The notes beneath the pieces were generated by a model, which saw only the letters and a list, made by a program, of their open reading frames with translations, was not told the origin of the DNA and ran no database searches. A stretch of 64,000 nt of DNA from Oligoflexia bacterium (GTDB lineage: Bacteria; Bdellovibrionota; UBA1018), in assembly GCA_963758495.1 (NCBI GenBank), contig CAVWVI010000003.1, forward strand, positions 1,440,001 through 1,504,000, written 5' to 3'. A program made the translations under genes and the position numbers. Shown here piece after piece: positions 24,128 through 35,719 of the stretch (positions are counted from its first letter, which is position 1; each line of letters begins with the position of its first letter).

Positions 24128-24451
24128 ATGGAGGTCGTCGTGACGAAAGCATTCTTTTATCTGATTCCAATCTTTATATTGTCTGCCTGCGCTTCGCCTC
24201 GGGTGGGTAATATGGGTCTTCTCTATACGGATACAGAAACGGGTCTAGCTGTGACTCAAAACCTTGCCGGAACTCGAGTCGGCGAGGCATGTTTACAGTC
24301 CTATTTAGGATTGATCTCAACTGGAGATGCGAGTATTGAAACCGCGCGACGTACAGGAGGAATTACCTCTATTACGTCTGTAGACGAGAAATCCACGGGT
24401 ATTCTAGGTTTTATTTATCGAAAATATTGTACCGTTGTTCGTGGAAGATAA
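24128..24451 (+). CDS. TRL-like small lipoprotein
   Basis: Lipobox LSAC; GEACLQSYLGLISTGDASIETA..GGITSITSVD..CTVVRG. Confidence 0.8.
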   Translation: MEVVVTKAFFYLIPIFILSACASPRVGNMGLLYTDTETGLAVTQNLAGTRVGEACLQSYLGLISTGDASIETARRTGGITSITSVDEKSTGILGFIYRKYCTVVRGR

Positions 24452-24459
24452 GCCGGGTT

Positions 24460-27120
24460 TTATTCAAGGTAAGATTTTAAAAATCTTCCGGTATGACTCG
24501 CCTTGTTTTTAACTACTTCTTCAGGGGTTCCAATAGCGATAATAGAACCACCCGCTGTTCCTCCGTCCGGCCCTAGGTCAATAATATGATCTGCGACTTT
24601 AATGATGTCTAAATTATGTTCAATGATGATGACGGTGTTTCCTTGGTCTACCAGAGCTTGTAAGATGGCAATCAGTTTATTGATGTCATCAAAGTGTAAC
24701 CCTGTAGAAGGCTCATCTAGTATGTAGACAGTTCGACCTGTACTACGACGAGAAAGTTCTTTAGAGAGCTTAATTCTTTGTGCTTCACCCCCAGAAAGAG
24801 TGGTGGAACTTTGCCCGAGATGAAGATAGCCTAGGCCTACTTCATTAAGGATCTTGAGTTTGGCTTTGATGTGAGGGATTGCCTCAAAGAACGGATAGGC
24901 TTCGGCGCCAGTCATTTCAAGAACGTCCGCAATATTTTTCCCTTTATAGCGAATCTCCAGGGTCTCTCGATTGTATCTGCGGCCTTTACAGATGTCACAT
25001 TGAACATAGACGTCAGGGAGAAAGTGCATTTCAATTTTTGTGGTGCCATCGCCTGCACATGCTTCGCAGCGTCCTCCTTTTACATTGAAGGAATATCTTC
25101 CTGGACCGTACCCCCGAACTTTGGATTCAGGAAGTTGCGCGAAAAGTTCTCTAATGAAGCTGAAAAGGCCAGTGTAGGTGGCGGGATTGGAACGTGGAGT
25201 TTTTCCAATCGGGCTTTGATCAATGTCGATCACTTTATCAATATGGTTCATGCCGTGAATTTTACGGACATGAAGATCGCCATAATTAATCTTATAGAGA
25301 GATTGAATTAAGGAGCGATAAAGGGTGTCAATAATGAGAGTGCTTTTACCGCTTCCAGAAACTCCGGTGACGCAAGTCAGGACACCTAGTGGCACATCCA
25401 CATGGATGTTCTTTAAATTATTTTGAGTAGCCCCTTCCATTCGTAGAGCGCGGTCAGACGTCCATGGGCGTCTGACTTTGGGAATTGCAATTTTTAAGTC
25501 ACCTCGCAAATAGCGACCGGTTAAACTTTTCTTAGATTTTAAAATATCTTTGACGGTGCCAGCTGCAACAATATGTCCACCTAAGTTGCCTGCTCCTGGT
25601 CCTAAATCTAAAACCCAATCTGCTCGTTCAATTGTTTCTCGGTCGTGTTCGACAACGAGTACTGTGTTCCCTAAGTCACGAAGGCGGGAGAGGGTGGAAA
25701 TGAGCTTTTCATTGTCGCGTTGATGGAGACCAATACTTGGCTCGTCCAGAACATAAATGACACCTACCAGGGAGCTTCCGATCTGAGTCGCTAATCGAAT
25801 TCTTTGTGCTTCTCCACCGGAAAGGGTTTGAGCAGAGCGACCTAGGCTGAGGTAACCGACACCGACTTCATTGAGGAAATGGAGACGTTCCTTGATTTCC
25901 TTTAAGATTCGATCGGCAATCATTTTTTCACGATCTTTCAAATTTAGAGTTTCGAAAAAACGTGCGACTTCTAGGATGGAAAAGCTACAGATTTCGGCAA
26001 TATTTTTATTTACGAGTTTGAAACTTAAGCTTTCTTTACGGAGTCGTGTTCCGAGACAGGATGGACACGCATCTGTTTCTGCAGTGATTTCACGGGGAGC
26101 TATGATTTCATCACGTTCGTTTTCACGTTCAGTTTTAAGAAGAGCTTCTTCATCTTCTTTGTCCTTTGCTTGACTCTTTGCTGGATCAATTCCCAGACCA
26201 TCACATTGAGGACAAGCTCCCATGGGGCTGTTGAATGAAAACGTTCTGGGTTCAGGCTCTGGATAGCTGATATGACAATTCACACAAGAAAACTTTTCTG
26301 ACATGAGAGTTTCTTTGCGGACAGAATTTTCTTGAGTTTCGAGCAGGAGAAGACCTTCACCTAGTTTCAAAGCAAGTTCTACGGAATCGCTGACACGAGT
26401 GCCAAACATTCCCAGATCGTCTTTATTCGTTGAAGGACTAGCGGCTGGATTAATTATAGGTATAATTAAACGATCAATGTAGACTGAAATATCATGTTTT
26501 TTGTTTTTATCTAAAGAAATATCCTGTGAAAGGTCGAGGACCTCTTGATCTACTTTCACCCGAACAAATCCCCTTTGGCGAAGCTGCTGCAGTTCCTTTT
26601 GGTATTCTCCCTTTCGTCCACGAACGATAGGAGCGAGAACGGATATGCGTGTTCCCTGAGGAGAGGAGAGGATATGATCCACAATCTGTTGAGGGGATTG
26701 CGATTGGATGGGCATTCCACATTTCCAGCAGAAAGGCTTTGCTATTCTAGAGTAAAGCAGTCGTAGGTAGTCATAGATTTCGGTAACAGTTCCTACCGTG
26801 GATCGAGGATTGTAGCTCGTGGTTCGTTGCTCGATTGATATCGTAGGGCTTAATCCAGAAATGGATTCAACATCTGGCTTTCCTAACTGTTCTAGAAATT
26901 GCCTGGCATATGCAGAGAGGCTTTCCACATAACGACGTTGACCCTCGGCATAAATAGTATCAAATGCGAGTGACGACTTGCCAGAACCCGATGGCCCCGT
27001 GATCACGGTGAGTCGATCTCTCGGAATGACAGCATCAATATTTTTAAGATTGTGCACTCGAGCGCCTCGCACGACGATGGCTTCGTCATTATTAAGAGGT
27101 GCACGACGTTTTGTTGTCAT
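24460..27120 (-). CDS. uvrA: Excinuclease ABC subunit A
   Basis: GARVHNLKN, two Walker A motifs (GSGKS), LSGGEAQRI twice, Zn-finger cysteines. Confidence 0.98.
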   Translation of the reverse strand: MTTKRRAPLNNDEAIVVRGARVHNLKNIDAVIPRDRLTVITGPSGSGKSSLAFDTIYAEGQRRYVESLSAYARQFLEQLGKPDVESISGLSPTISIEQRTTSYNPRSTVGTVTEIYDYLRLLYSRIAKPFCWKCGMPIQSQSPQQIVDHILSSPQGTRISVLAPIVRGRKGEYQKELQQLRQRGFVRVKVDQEVLDLSQDISLDKNKKHDISVYIDRLIIPIINPAASPSTNKDDLGMFGTRVSDSVELALKLGEGLLLLETQENSVRKETLMSEKFSCVNCHISYPEPEPRTFSFNSPMGACPQCDGLGIDPAKSQAKDKEDEEALLKTERENERDEIIAPREITAETDACPSCLGTRLRKESLSFKLVNKNIAEICSFSILEVARFFETLNLKDREKMIADRILKEIKERLHFLNEVGVGYLSLGRSAQTLSGGEAQRIRLATQIGSSLVGVIYVLDEPSIGLHQRDNEKLISTLSRLRDLGNTVLVVEHDRETIERADWVLDLGPGAGNLGGHIVAAGTVKDILKSKKSLTGRYLRGDLKIAIPKVRRPWTSDRALRMEGATQNNLKNIHVDVPLGVLTCVTGVSGSGKSTLIIDTLYRSLIQSLYKINYGDLHVRKIHGMNHIDKVIDIDQSPIGKTPRSNPATYTGLFSFIRELFAQLPESKVRGYGPGRYSFNVKGGRCEACAGDGTTKIEMHFLPDVYVQCDICKGRRYNRETLEIRYKGKNIADVLEMTGAEAYPFFEAIPHIKAKLKILNEVGLGYLHLGQSSTTLSGGEAQRIKLSKELSRRSTGRTVYILDEPSTGLHFDDINKLIAILQALVDQGNTVIIIEHNLDIIKVADHIIDLGPDGGTAGGSIIAIGTPEEVVKNKASHTGRFLKSYLE

Positions 27121-27145
27121 AAAATCAACTTTCCCTCGGTGGCCT

Positions 27146-28579
27146 TTAGTGGCTTGCAGATGTGCGAAGATCTAATGGCTTGTGTCCAATTGTTTTTCCA
27201 GCACTGATCAAAGCACTTTCTACAATGTGTCTGACTTCTTGTAAACGTTGAGAAGTAGAGGCTTCAAAACGTAAAACGAGTACCGGTTGGGTATTAGAAG
27301 CGCGGACTAGTCCCCAGCTATCTCCGAAATCAACGCGGACTCCATCAATGTCTATGATTTTGTACTGGGCAGCCAGGCGGCTTTTTGTTTCATCCACCAA
27401 TTTAAATTTCTTGTCCTCCTCGCATTCCACTCGAATTTCAGGAGTGGATTCGGTGTGAGGTAAATCAACTAAAAGTGAAGAAAGAGGTTCCGGGGTATCT
27501 GATGCAATTTCATAGACACGAAGTGCAGCATAGATGGCATCATCATATCCAAAATACCGGTCTGCAAAAAAGATGTGGCCTGACATTTCTCCGGCGAGGG
27601 CTGCCCCAGTTTCTTTCATCTTTGACTTAATGAGCGAGTGACCTGTTTTCCACATGATGGGTTTGCCTCCCCTCGCTGCAATATCATTATAAAGCTTATG
27701 ACTTGATTTAACTTCAGAGATAATGGTGGCACCAGGATTGGTTTTTAAGATACTGCGAGAGAAAAGAACCATCAATTCGTCACCAAATAGAATTCTTCCA
27801 GTCTCGTCTACTAAGCCAATTCGATCCGAGTCACCATCGAACGCGATTCCAAAGTCTGCTTTGTGTCGAATGACGGCCGCTACCAGGTCTTTGAGATTTT
27901 CGGGTACGGTAGGATCAGGGTGGTGATTCGGGAAGCTTCCGTCTAGCTCACAAAAAAGAGGAATCACTTCTGCTCCGAGTCGTGTAAACAACTCAGGAGC
28001 AACGGTGCTTGCTGTACCGTTTCCCGCATCTAGAACAATTTTTTTTCGTTTTAATGGTTTTGCATTTTTCACAAGGTAGTTGAGATATTGAGGAATGACT
28101 TCAAAATCTGAAACTTCACCCGTTTTCTGTTTAAAAACAAAGCCCGAGCTTAGTTTTTCCATTAATACTCGAATTTCCTGTATCTGTTTTCCATAAATTG
28201 TATCTTTGCCAATGCAGATTTTAAAGCCATTGTAGGTGCCAGGATTATGGGAGCCGGTAACCATGATTCCACCATCTAGATTTTGATCGAAGGTGCTGAA
28301 GTAAGTGAGGGGTGTCGGACAGATGCCTAAGCGAATGACATTTAGCCCTCCTTGGGTTAATCCAGAAATCAGGGCTGTTCTATAGCTTTCGCTGGAGAGT
28401 CGACAATCCCATCCTACAGAAACAGTCAAAGTTTTGCGCGAAGCTACAGGTGATCGGTCTGATATATAAAGCGCATAAGCTCTGCCCAGGCATTCAGCAA
28501 ATTCTGGTGTCAATTCTGTGTCTGCAAGACCTCGAATATCATATTCACGAAAGATGGAAGATGGAATTTTTAATGTCAT
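27146..28579 (-). CDS. Phosphomannomutase/phosphoglucomutase
   Basis: [34 protein letters not shown]. Confidence 0.96.
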   Translation of the reverse strand: MTLKIPSSIFREYDIRGLADTELTPEFAECLGRAYALYISDRSPVASRKTLTVSVGWDCRLSSESYRTALISGLTQGGLNVIRLGICPTPLTYFSTFDQNLDGGIMVTGSHNPGTYNGFKICIGKDTIYGKQIQEIRVLMEKLSSGFVFKQKTGEVSDFEVIPQYLNYLVKNAKPLKRKKIVLDAGNGTASTVAPELFTRLGAEVIPLFCELDGSFPNHHPDPTVPENLKDLVAAVIRHKADFGIAFDGDSDRIGLVDETGRILFGDELMVLFSRSILKTNPGATIISEVKSSHKLYNDIAARGGKPIMWKTGHSLIKSKMKETGAALAGEMSGHIFFADRYFGYDDAIYAALRVYEIASDTPEPLSSLLVDLPHTESTPEIRVECEEDKKFKLVDETKSRLAAQYKIIDIDGVRVDFGDSWGLVRASNTQPVLVLRFEASTSQRLQEVRHIVESALISAGKTIGHKPLDLRTSASH

Positions 28580-28584
28580 TTTAT

Positions 28585-29676
28585 TTAACCTGCGTTTCTC
28601 TTTTGGATAAACCGAGTTGCTAACTTGATAGCGGCCAGGAGGCTAGATGGGTTCGCTATACCCTTCCCTGCGATATCAAATCCAACGCCATGATCTACCG
28701 AAGTTCGAATGATCGGTAGACCCAACGTTACATTGACGGTATTGTGGAAATCAAGCAGCTTCACAGGGATTAATCCCTGATCATGGTACATACATACGAC
28801 GGCGTCAAATCGATTTTGAACAGGAGTAAGAAGCTGTTTTGCAAAGAATGTATCGGCCGGAAAAGGGCCCGATACTTGGAACTGCCCTTGTGAGGCTTGA
28901 TTTAAACTTTGAATTTCTGGTTCAATAATGTCGATTTCTTCTTTTCCAAAAAGTCCATTTTCGCCAGCATGCGGATTGAGGGCCGTAACAGCGATTTTGG
29001 GTCTATCGAGACCCCAAAAACTTTTAAGGCCCTGAATGGTTTGCATCACCGCTCGTTTAATTTTTCCCCGAGTGATGGAAGCAGAAACCTCGTGTATTCC
29101 TAAATGAGTAGTGACTAGAGAAACGCGGAGGAGTTCATTTGCCAGCATCATTGTTACTTCGGGAGTACCACCGGGAATGTTATCTGAGTTGCTAGCTGAA
29201 TTGGTACCCACATTGCTACCCACATTGCTACAAAGATGAGCCAGAAACTCCGTATGACCTGGATAATGATAGCCACCCTTTTGTAAATGATCTTTGCTGA
29301 TAGGGCCTGTGACCAGAGCAGAAGCAAACCCATTTAACACAAGTCGCGTTGCATGTTGAATCGACCAACCCGATTGAAAACCTTCTAGAGACAGACCAGG
29401 AGGAGCTTTGTGGGGTGCGGGTAAAAGCCAAACCGTGGAATGGGTTCCTGGTGGAGGCTCAAAAGTATCCGCGTCAATAGGAACCTCTTTTATCGGTGCT
29501 TGGAGTGCTTCAAAAGGTTCTCGAGCACCGATGCATAACAAAGCTATGTTTTCTTGATCGAGCAGACCTGAACGAATGGCTTTCCATGTAATTTCGGGCC
29601 CTATTCCTTTGGGGTCACCTGGTGTAATCACAAGAATTGATTTTTTCGTCATAAGAATATCCAGGGAAATATCCAA
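28585..29676 (-). CDS. pdxA: 4-hydroxythreonine-4-phosphate dehydrogenase
   Basis: GDPKGIGPE, PGHTE, LNPHAGE, MYHDQGL, RTSVDHG. Confidence 0.96.
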   Translation of the reverse strand: MDISLDILMTKKSILVITPGDPKGIGPEITWKAIRSGLLDQENIALLCIGAREPFEALQAPIKEVPIDADTFEPPPGTHSTVWLLPAPHKAPPGLSLEGFQSGWSIQHATRLVLNGFASALVTGPISKDHLQKGGYHYPGHTEFLAHLCSNVGSNVGTNSASNSDNIPGGTPEVTMMLANELLRVSLVTTHLGIHEVSASITRGKIKRAVMQTIQGLKSFWGLDRPKIAVTALNPHAGENGLFGKEEIDIIEPEIQSLNQASQGQFQVSGPFPADTFFAKQLLTPVQNRFDAVVCMYHDQGLIPVKLLDFHNTVNVTLGLPIIRTSVDHGVGFDIAGKGIANPSSLLAAIKLATRFIQKRNAG

Positions 29677-29683
29677 GCAAAGG

Positions 29684-30706
29684 TCAAGGAGCAGCTCGAT
29701 GAATGGATACGGTTTGTCTCTGTCTGTCTAGCCAAAGTGAAATTTGGTGTTGATATTCGGCAGCATTCAACTGATTTCTAATTTCTTCTTTCATTTTGTT
29801 GAGACGCTCACTGTCATCTGATTTCACATCGACTAATTTTAAAATGTAATTTCGCTTGGATAAGCTATCCGTAAAGACGTCACTGACTTCCCCAATCTTG
29901 AGTTTTTTTGCGTGCTCTCGAATCACTGGGTGCATCTGATCTTCAGTGAGCACACCTAAATCTCCTCCAGAGGTGGAAGACGCATCATCGCTGACGCGCT
30001 TTGCTACTTCTTCAAAAGACTCGCCCCCTTTGATATCTTTTAGAGCTTGAATGGCTACTTTATTTGCGGCGGCAAAGGTTTTATAGCTTTTAGGTGATAT
30101 TGTAATAATTTCTAAATGAAAGGCGCGAGAAGAGAAGGAAGATTCTCGAGCGTAGTGATTATAAAAATAATTTTTTATATCATCATCTGAAATGCTGACT
30201 TTAGTTCTGATATCCCGGTCAATGAGATCTCTTTTACTTCCTGAATCTCGAATAAGATCGAAGTAATCTGAGAATTTAAATCCTTCTCTTGTAAGGGCTT
30301 CTTTTAAAGCAGCCCGATCCAGATGATTAGTGGCTTGAATCGAATTGATTTCTTGTTCAACCTCTCCGTCTGTTTTTGGAAATTGTTGAGAAATGATACG
30401 CTCATCAATTAGAAAATCGACAATTTCCTGGGTAGGTGCATCACTTCCCTTGGCAGCAACTGGAGTTCCCGCAAATAGAGGATCAAGCTGAGATCTCAAT
30501 TTTACTATTTCCCGGAATTTGGAAACATCAGACGTTAAAATGAGGGAGGAGTTCACAGATGCCTCAAGTCGATCCAAAATGACTCTCGCTTGAAGTTGTC
30601 TTTCTGAAAATGACGCTAATGCAACAAACGACGTGAGTCCAGTTAATATAAATAATGGAAATCTATGCATACTGAGTAAGTTTTTGCATATTCTGTCGAA
30701 AATCAC
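29684..30706 (-). CDS. surA: SurA-like parvulin chaperone/PPIase
   Basis: SurA-type N-terminal domain, FEEVAKRVSDD..GGDLG rotamase motif; between mfd and pdxA. Confidence 0.85.
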   Translation of the reverse strand: MIFDRICKNLLSMHRFPLFILTGLTSFVALASFSERQLQARVILDRLEASVNSSLILTSDVSKFREIVKLRSQLDPLFAGTPVAAKGSDAPTQEIVDFLIDERIISQQFPKTDGEVEQEINSIQATNHLDRAALKEALTREGFKFSDYFDLIRDSGSKRDLIDRDIRTKVSISDDDIKNYFYNHYARESSFSSRAFHLEIITISPKSYKTFAAANKVAIQALKDIKGGESFEEVAKRVSDDASSTSGGDLGVLTEDQMHPVIREHAKKLKIGEVSDVFTDSLSKRNYILKLVDVKSDDSERLNKMKEEIRNQLNAAEYQHQISLWLDRQRQTVSIHRAAP

Positions 30707-30715
30707 TACTAGAAA

Positions 30716-33700
30716 TCAGGAAAACTCCTTAAATAGGCTTTCGAGTCCAAAGAAAAGATCGCGGGGTGAGGTCGTCGCTATTTTTGCGATCAGTTTAGAG
30801 TCTGGCTTCAATTGGTACCGATCGGGGTATGCAGAAAGCAAGGCTATGGTTCGAATGGGATTCAGGAGACTATGAGGTCCTGGCAAAAGAGAAACCTTTT
30901 CTGGACCTACGGTGAGTGCATCAATTCTACATTTTTTTAAAAGGATTTTAATACGAATTAACCAAAGTAAATTCTGTGCTTCAATGGGAGGATTTCCAAA
31001 GCGGTCTCTCATTTCTTCTTCGAGATGATCAATTTCTGTCTCTTGGGATGCTGCTGAAAAGCGGCGGTAGAGCGAAAGTCTTTGGTGAACATCGGGGACA
31101 TAAGCTTCCGCCAAAAAAGAGGGGAAGGGAATTTTAATTTCGGGTTCTCTACTGGATTCTAGAGTGGCCGAATCCTGACCTTGAAGCTCTTGGATTGCTT
31201 CTTCAAGAATTTCCGTATAAAGATCAAACCCAACAGCTGCAATACTCCCAGATTGCTGTGGACCTAAAATATCACCCCCCCCTCGAATTTCGAGGTCATG
31301 TGAGGCAATGCTAAAACCACTTCCAAGTTCGACAAATTTTTGAATGACTTCGAGACGACGTTTAGCATCTTCCGTGATTCGTTTTTCATGTGGAATCAAA
31401 AGATATGCATAAGCTCTTTGCTGTGATCGCCCGACTCGGCCACGAATTTGGTAAAGCTGTGCTAACCCCAAGGTATCTGCACGGTCTATAATAATGGTAT
31501 TTGCAGATGGAAGGTCTATTCCTGATTCTATAATTGTTGTGCATATAAGAACATTGCTCTTCTTATGATAAAATGAGTCCATTGCAGTTTCCAGTTCCCG
31601 TTCAGGCATTTGTCCATGGGCAACAAGAATTTGTGCGGCAGGTACTAACTCCTGAACTCGAGAAGCCGTTTTATAAATAGAGTGCACTTTATTATGGAGA
31701 AAAAATACCTGACCTCCTCTAGAGAGTTCAAACTCAATGGCGCGTTTGATTACGGCGTCATCATATTGTGAAATATAAGTTCGTATAGGCAGACGGTCTA
31801 TAGGTGGAGTATTGATTAGACTAATGTCTCGAAGGCCGGAGAGCGCCATGTGCAAAGTTCGAGGAATAGGCGTAGCTGTCAAAGTCAAGACATGGGTATT
31901 TGTTCTTAGCGTTTTTAAACGCTCTTTATGTTCAACCCCAAAGCGGTGTTCTTCGTCTACTATGATAAGGCCCAGATCATGAAAAATGACATCTTTTGAG
32001 AGAAGTCTATGCGTCCCTATAATAATATCCACGCGACCCTTCTTAACGGCTTCAAGCAGACTTTTTTGGTTTTTAGGTGTTTTAAATCGCGAAATGGTTT
32101 CAATGATGAGTGGATAATCTTTCAAGCGGGATTTAAAGGATTGTTCATGCTGTTGAGCTAAAATAGTAGTAGGAACCAGAACCGCCACTTGCTTTCCATC
32201 GGAGACAGCTCGAAAGGCAGCACGAATTGCGACTTCAGTCTTTCCGTATCCCACGTCTCCACAGATTAAACGATCCATGACTCGTCCCGCTTCCATATCT
32301 GCAAGAGCAGCGTCAATGGCTTTGAGTTGATCAGGAGTTTCATCAAAGGGAAATTTTGCTTCGAACTCCCGAAAATCTGCATCACGAGGAGAAAATTGAA
32401 TGCCCGTACTTATTTTGCGTTTTGCATAGAGTTGGACTAAGTCAAAAGCAAGTCTTTTTACGCTTTCTCGTACTTTCTCCTTTGTTTTTGCGAACTGTTG
32501 GCTTCCAAGGCGGTCCAGTGCGATGCTATCTCCCATGCCAATATACTTTTGAATGACGTTGAGTCGATAAACAGGAAGATAAAGTTTATCTTTATTGGCG
32601 TATTCTAATGAGAGGAAATCACTGAGCGCACCCGAAAGGTCGAGACGAATAATGCCCTGGTATCGTCCAATCCCATGGTCGACATGAACAATAGCATCAC
32701 CTATTTCTAAGTCTGATAAAGCTTGTAGTCCAGACCAGTCTTTCGCTGCGGAGCCACTTTCAAGAGTGGATACTTTACGTTGTTTTCTGAGATGTTTGGC
32801 CCCTAGAATTTCTCCTTCTGTTAATATAACTAATCCTTCATCTGCCCAACGGAATCCTTCTGATAGAGAGCCAATACTTAATGTTATGTTGGAAGGCTGT
32901 AACAGCCCCTCTTGTTTGCATGAAAGTCCTCTCCCCTCTAATAGAAAGCGAATGCGCTCTAGCTGACTTTGAGTAGAGGCAAGGATCAGAACTCTAAAAC
33001 CTTGTTTGATCCAAACTCGAAATTCAGGTTCTAGCTCCCCCAATGAATGGCGAGAACCATGAGAAAGATGAGTATTGGGATGGATAGAGACGCGATGCGA
33101 ATTTGGGGAATCATCTGATGTCGCAGATGCTAACTCCATTCGATCCATAAAAATGTGTGAGTGGTCCTGAATGGTCTTTTTTAAGGAAGGGCTCCAATGA
33201 AAAAGAGCTTCAATTGTGGGCGCAATGACCTCAGACTGTGCCGCTTCTGCTGAGCGTTTATTTTGTTCCTCTTGAAATCGATCCCATTCCTGTTGGCAAC
33301 TGAATGCGTCATTCCAAATCGTCCTATAGTCTACTGGAAGGTAATGCCAAAAGTGAGCAGGTTTGTCGTAAACAAAAGGTGCCCAAGAATCGCTATGACT
33401 TGGATAAATACCATCTCGGACGGAAGCAAGAAGAGGGTCTCGAATGGCACGAGAGATTCCCATGTCATCTGCTCGGCTTTTGATGCGTTCTCTGAGAATG
33501 CAAGACGTTGTTTTGTTAATCAGAACCTCTCGAGCAGGAGGAATAAAGACTTTTAAATAGAGTGCTTGTTCATGAGCGACTGCTCGTTGGGTGCTGGGAT
33601 CAAAAGAGCGTATTCGTTCGACGGTATCGCCAAAAAGCTCAATTCGGATAGGCCGGACTTGGTCGGGAGGAAAAATATCGATGATTTCACCCCTCACTGC

Positions 33701-34273
33701 AAAAGTTCCAGGGTCTTCTACAGGGTCTACCCTCAGGTATCCAGATTCCAGGAGTCTGGTAATAAAAGTTTCGCGTGAACCCAAACTTTGTTCTATTTGG
33801 ATGAGGAGAGACGACTGGAGAAAGTAGTTTTTCGTAAGAGTGGCTTGAGAAGATGCAGCAGGAGTCGTGATAATGATGTGTGGGAACTCATTTTTTGCCA
33901 AAGCGCTTAAAACTTTGATTCTTGCAAGCCGAGTTTGAAGCGAAAGAGAGATGGGGCTGTATGGAGATTGTTCCCAAGTAGGAAAATGGTAAACATTCAA
34001 ACTTTTTCCCTCTACTGTGGTAGCTAGACATTCTAAGTCCGCACAAAATTCACTAGCGATGTCATCATTAGGGCAAAGTACGACAAGGGGCCCCTGTTTT
34101 TCAGTCTGTTGTGTACGGACTAAGGAATAGCGTGCGACAATTAAGGCACGAGTGGATGCAGTGGTTCCCAGTATATGAGTAGGTGCAGCCTGTTCAGTGA
34201 TAGAACGGAGAAGCGAATCAATATTGCAGGAAACCATAGGTTGCAATCTACTTACCTTGACACAAAATTTCAA
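30716..34273 (-). CDS. mfd: Transcription-repair coupling factor
   Basis: [10 protein letters not shown] (CarD/RID), [31 protein letters not shown] motif. Confidence 0.98.
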   Translation of the reverse strand: MKFCVKVSRLQPMVSCNIDSLLRSITEQAAPTHILGTTASTRALIVARYSLVRTQQTEKQGPLVVLCPNDDIASEFCADLECLATTVEGKSLNVYHFPTWEQSPYSPISLSLQTRLARIKVLSALAKNEFPHIIITTPAASSQATLTKNYFLQSSLLIQIEQSLGSRETFITRLLESGYLRVDPVEDPGTFAVRGEIIDIFPPDQVRPIRIELFGDTVERIRSFDPSTQRAVAHEQALYLKVFIPPAREVLINKTTSCILRERIKSRADDMGISRAIRDPLLASVRDGIYPSHSDSWAPFVYDKPAHFWHYLPVDYRTIWNDAFSCQQEWDRFQEEQNKRSAEAAQSEVIAPTIEALFHWSPSLKKTIQDHSHIFMDRMELASATSDDSPNSHRVSIHPNTHLSHGSRHSLGELEPEFRVWIKQGFRVLILASTQSQLERIRFLLEGRGLSCKQEGLLQPSNITLSIGSLSEGFRWADEGLVILTEGEILGAKHLRKQRKVSTLESGSAAKDWSGLQALSDLEIGDAIVHVDHGIGRYQGIIRLDLSGALSDFLSLEYANKDKLYLPVYRLNVIQKYIGMGDSIALDRLGSQQFAKTKEKVRESVKRLAFDLVQLYAKRKISTGIQFSPRDADFREFEAKFPFDETPDQLKAIDAALADMEAGRVMDRLICGDVGYGKTEVAIRAAFRAVSDGKQVAVLVPTTILAQQHEQSFKSRLKDYPLIIETISRFKTPKNQKSLLEAVKKGRVDIIIGTHRLLSKDVIFHDLGLIIVDEEHRFGVEHKERLKTLRTNTHVLTLTATPIPRTLHMALSGLRDISLINTPPIDRLPIRTYISQYDDAVIKRAIEFELSRGGQVFFLHNKVHSIYKTASRVQELVPAAQILVAHGQMPERELETAMDSFYHKKSNVLICTTIIESGIDLPSANTIIIDRADTLGLAQLYQIRGRVGRSQQRAYAYLLIPHEKRITEDAKRRLEVIQKFVELGSGFSIASHDLEIRGGGDILGPQQSGSIAAVGFDLYTEILEEAIQELQGQDSATLESSREPEIKIPFPSFLAEAYVPDVHQRLSLYRRFSAASQETEIDHLEEEMRDRFGNPPIEAQNLLWLIRIKILLKKCRIDALTVGPEKVSLLPGPHSLLNPIRTIALLSAYPDRYQLKPDSKLIAKIATTSPRDLFFGLESLFKEFS

Positions 34274-34305
34274 CTTCAGTAACCTTTTCGCAAACTATCG
34301 GAGAT

Positions 34306-34734
34306 ATGCTAATCATGAGGAGTTGGGATTCCTATTATATCGTATTTTTGGCTGCAATTCTATCGCTGGGGATTCCGGCTAGCCTAGCTGCGATTTCATA
34401 TGTCTTTTTTAATAAAAATAGAGGCAAAGCCTTCAATCTACCTAAAGTTCAAGGCGCTAAACCTAACCGAACGATTCTAGGCCAAAGAATAAATGTCCGC
34501 TTTTTTTTGGCGGCTAATGCCGCATTGATCTTGATTACATTAGCATTAGAGCTGATACCTTGTGCAATTACCCTTAAATCTGAGAATCGAGAGGGATTAA
34601 TAAAAGGCTTAGTCGCAATAGTGACTCTAGCGGGATTTGCTGTATTAGGGTTACTCTACTCAGTGAGGAAGGGTGATATGGGTTGGTTGAGTTCATTTCA
34701 AATGGAAATTCGAAAAGAAAAGAAGAGCGATTAG
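34306..34734 (+). CDS. Divergent NuoA-like subunit
   Basis: Three hydrophobic segments, RINVRFF, C-terminal RKGDMGW; first gene of the operon. Confidence 0.7.
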   Translation: MLIMRSWDSYYIVFLAAILSLGIPASLAAISYVFFNKNRGKAFNLPKVQGAKPNRTILGQRINVRFFLAANAALILITLALELIPCAITLKSENREGLIKGLVAIVTLAGFAVLGLLYSVRKGDMGWLSSFQMEIRKEKKSD

Positions 34735-34737
34735 TTC

Positions 34738-35211
34738 ATGAAAGGATCCTTTTATTTATCAACCGTGGGTAGGCTTTTGAAATGGGCGAGTTCTCGTTCT
34801 CTTTGGTATTTGTCAACGGGGGGTGGGTGTTGCGCAGATGAGGTATTGAGCGCTATGGGTTGCAGATATGATTTGGAGAGATTCGGATGTCTACCCCAGG
34901 TCGATCCGCGACAAGCAGATTTGCTCATAGTTTGTGGGATGGTTTCCTATAAAGTGGCTCCGCATTTGAAGAGTCTTTATGATGCCATGCTTGCTCCGAA
35001 ATATGTTTTAGCGGTGGGGGCATGTGCGAATTGTGGTGGAGCATTCTCTCCCGAGTTCAGTTATTCGGTCGTTCCAGGTGTAGATCGGGTTATTCCTGTG
35101 GACGTCTATGTGCCCGGCTGTCCGCCTAGACCAGAAGCAATTATGAATGGGTTAATAGCCTTACAGGAAAAAATTTGTGGACAAGAATTCTCTCATCGCG
35201 AAGTTAAATAA
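34738..35211 (+). CDS. nuoB: NuoB-like Fe-S subunit (divergent set)
   Basis: GCCADE, RYDLERFG, PRQADL, GACANCGG, PGCPPRP. Confidence 0.92.
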   Translation: MKGSFYLSTVGRLLKWASSRSLWYLSTGGGCCADEVLSAMGCRYDLERFGCLPQVDPRQADLLIVCGMVSYKVAPHLKSLYDAMLAPKYVLAVGACANCGGAFSPEFSYSVVPGVDRVIPVDVYVPGCPPRPEAIMNGLIALQEKICGQEFSHREVK

Positions 35212-35719
35212 AACAGTTCCAGGGGCTATCCTTGAAAGTAGACGTTTTGGGCGCTCTGACCTTTCATCGATTTGGATTGAAGGGCAAGTGATCCAGAAGG
35301 TTGCTTTTGCCTTAAAGTCCTGGGTTGAAGTCAAGATAGACTGGTTGGAGAATTTATCTGTAGTAGAGTTTGATAAAGTATTGGTTATTACCTATTTCGT
35401 TCGTTCAACTTCTACAGGAGATAGTTTAGTGATACGAGCCTCTGCAGTTCCAGAGAGTTCAGAAAGTAGAGTCTTGTTTCCATCCATTCGCTCGATTTGG
35501 CCCATGGGAGAGCCAATGGAGCAAGAGGCTGAAGAAATGTTTGGAATTCAATTTCGATTGAATGAAGAAGATGGGGATTTACGAAAGATGAATCGGCTTC
35601 CTGAGGATTGGGACGGATTTCCATTACGAAAGAGTTATCTGTTTCCTGAAAGTTTTTTGGGAATAACGCATGCACGTACCTTGGATCGAACAAATCCAAA
35701 GAAGTTTTCTTCCTCATGA
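35177..35719 (+). CDS. nuoC: NuoC-like subunit (divergent set)
   Basis: PSIRSIWP..EQEAEEMFGIQF..PEDWDGFPLRK. Confidence 0.85.
   Translation: MDKNSLIAKLNKTVPGAILESRRFGRSDLSSIWIEGQVIQKVAFALKSWVEVKIDWLENLSVVEFDKVLVITYFVRSTSTGDSLVIRASAVPESSESRVLFPSIRSIWPMGEPMEQEAEEMFGIQFRLNEEDGDLRKMNRLPEDWDGFPLRKSYLFPESFLGITHARTLDRTNPKKFSSS

Noticed and set aside
29190..29235. 12-bp repeat in pdxA (SNVGSNVGTN) and 9-bp repeat in recF (~12399-12424, NWANWTNW)
   Set aside because: Small in-frame slippage insertions in probable loops; no evidence of function.
24871..33827. Short + strand ORFs opposite uvrA, pgm, pdxA and mfd, and similar shadow ORFs elsewhere
   Set aside because: Antisense or alternate-frame shadows of well-supported genes with no motifs.
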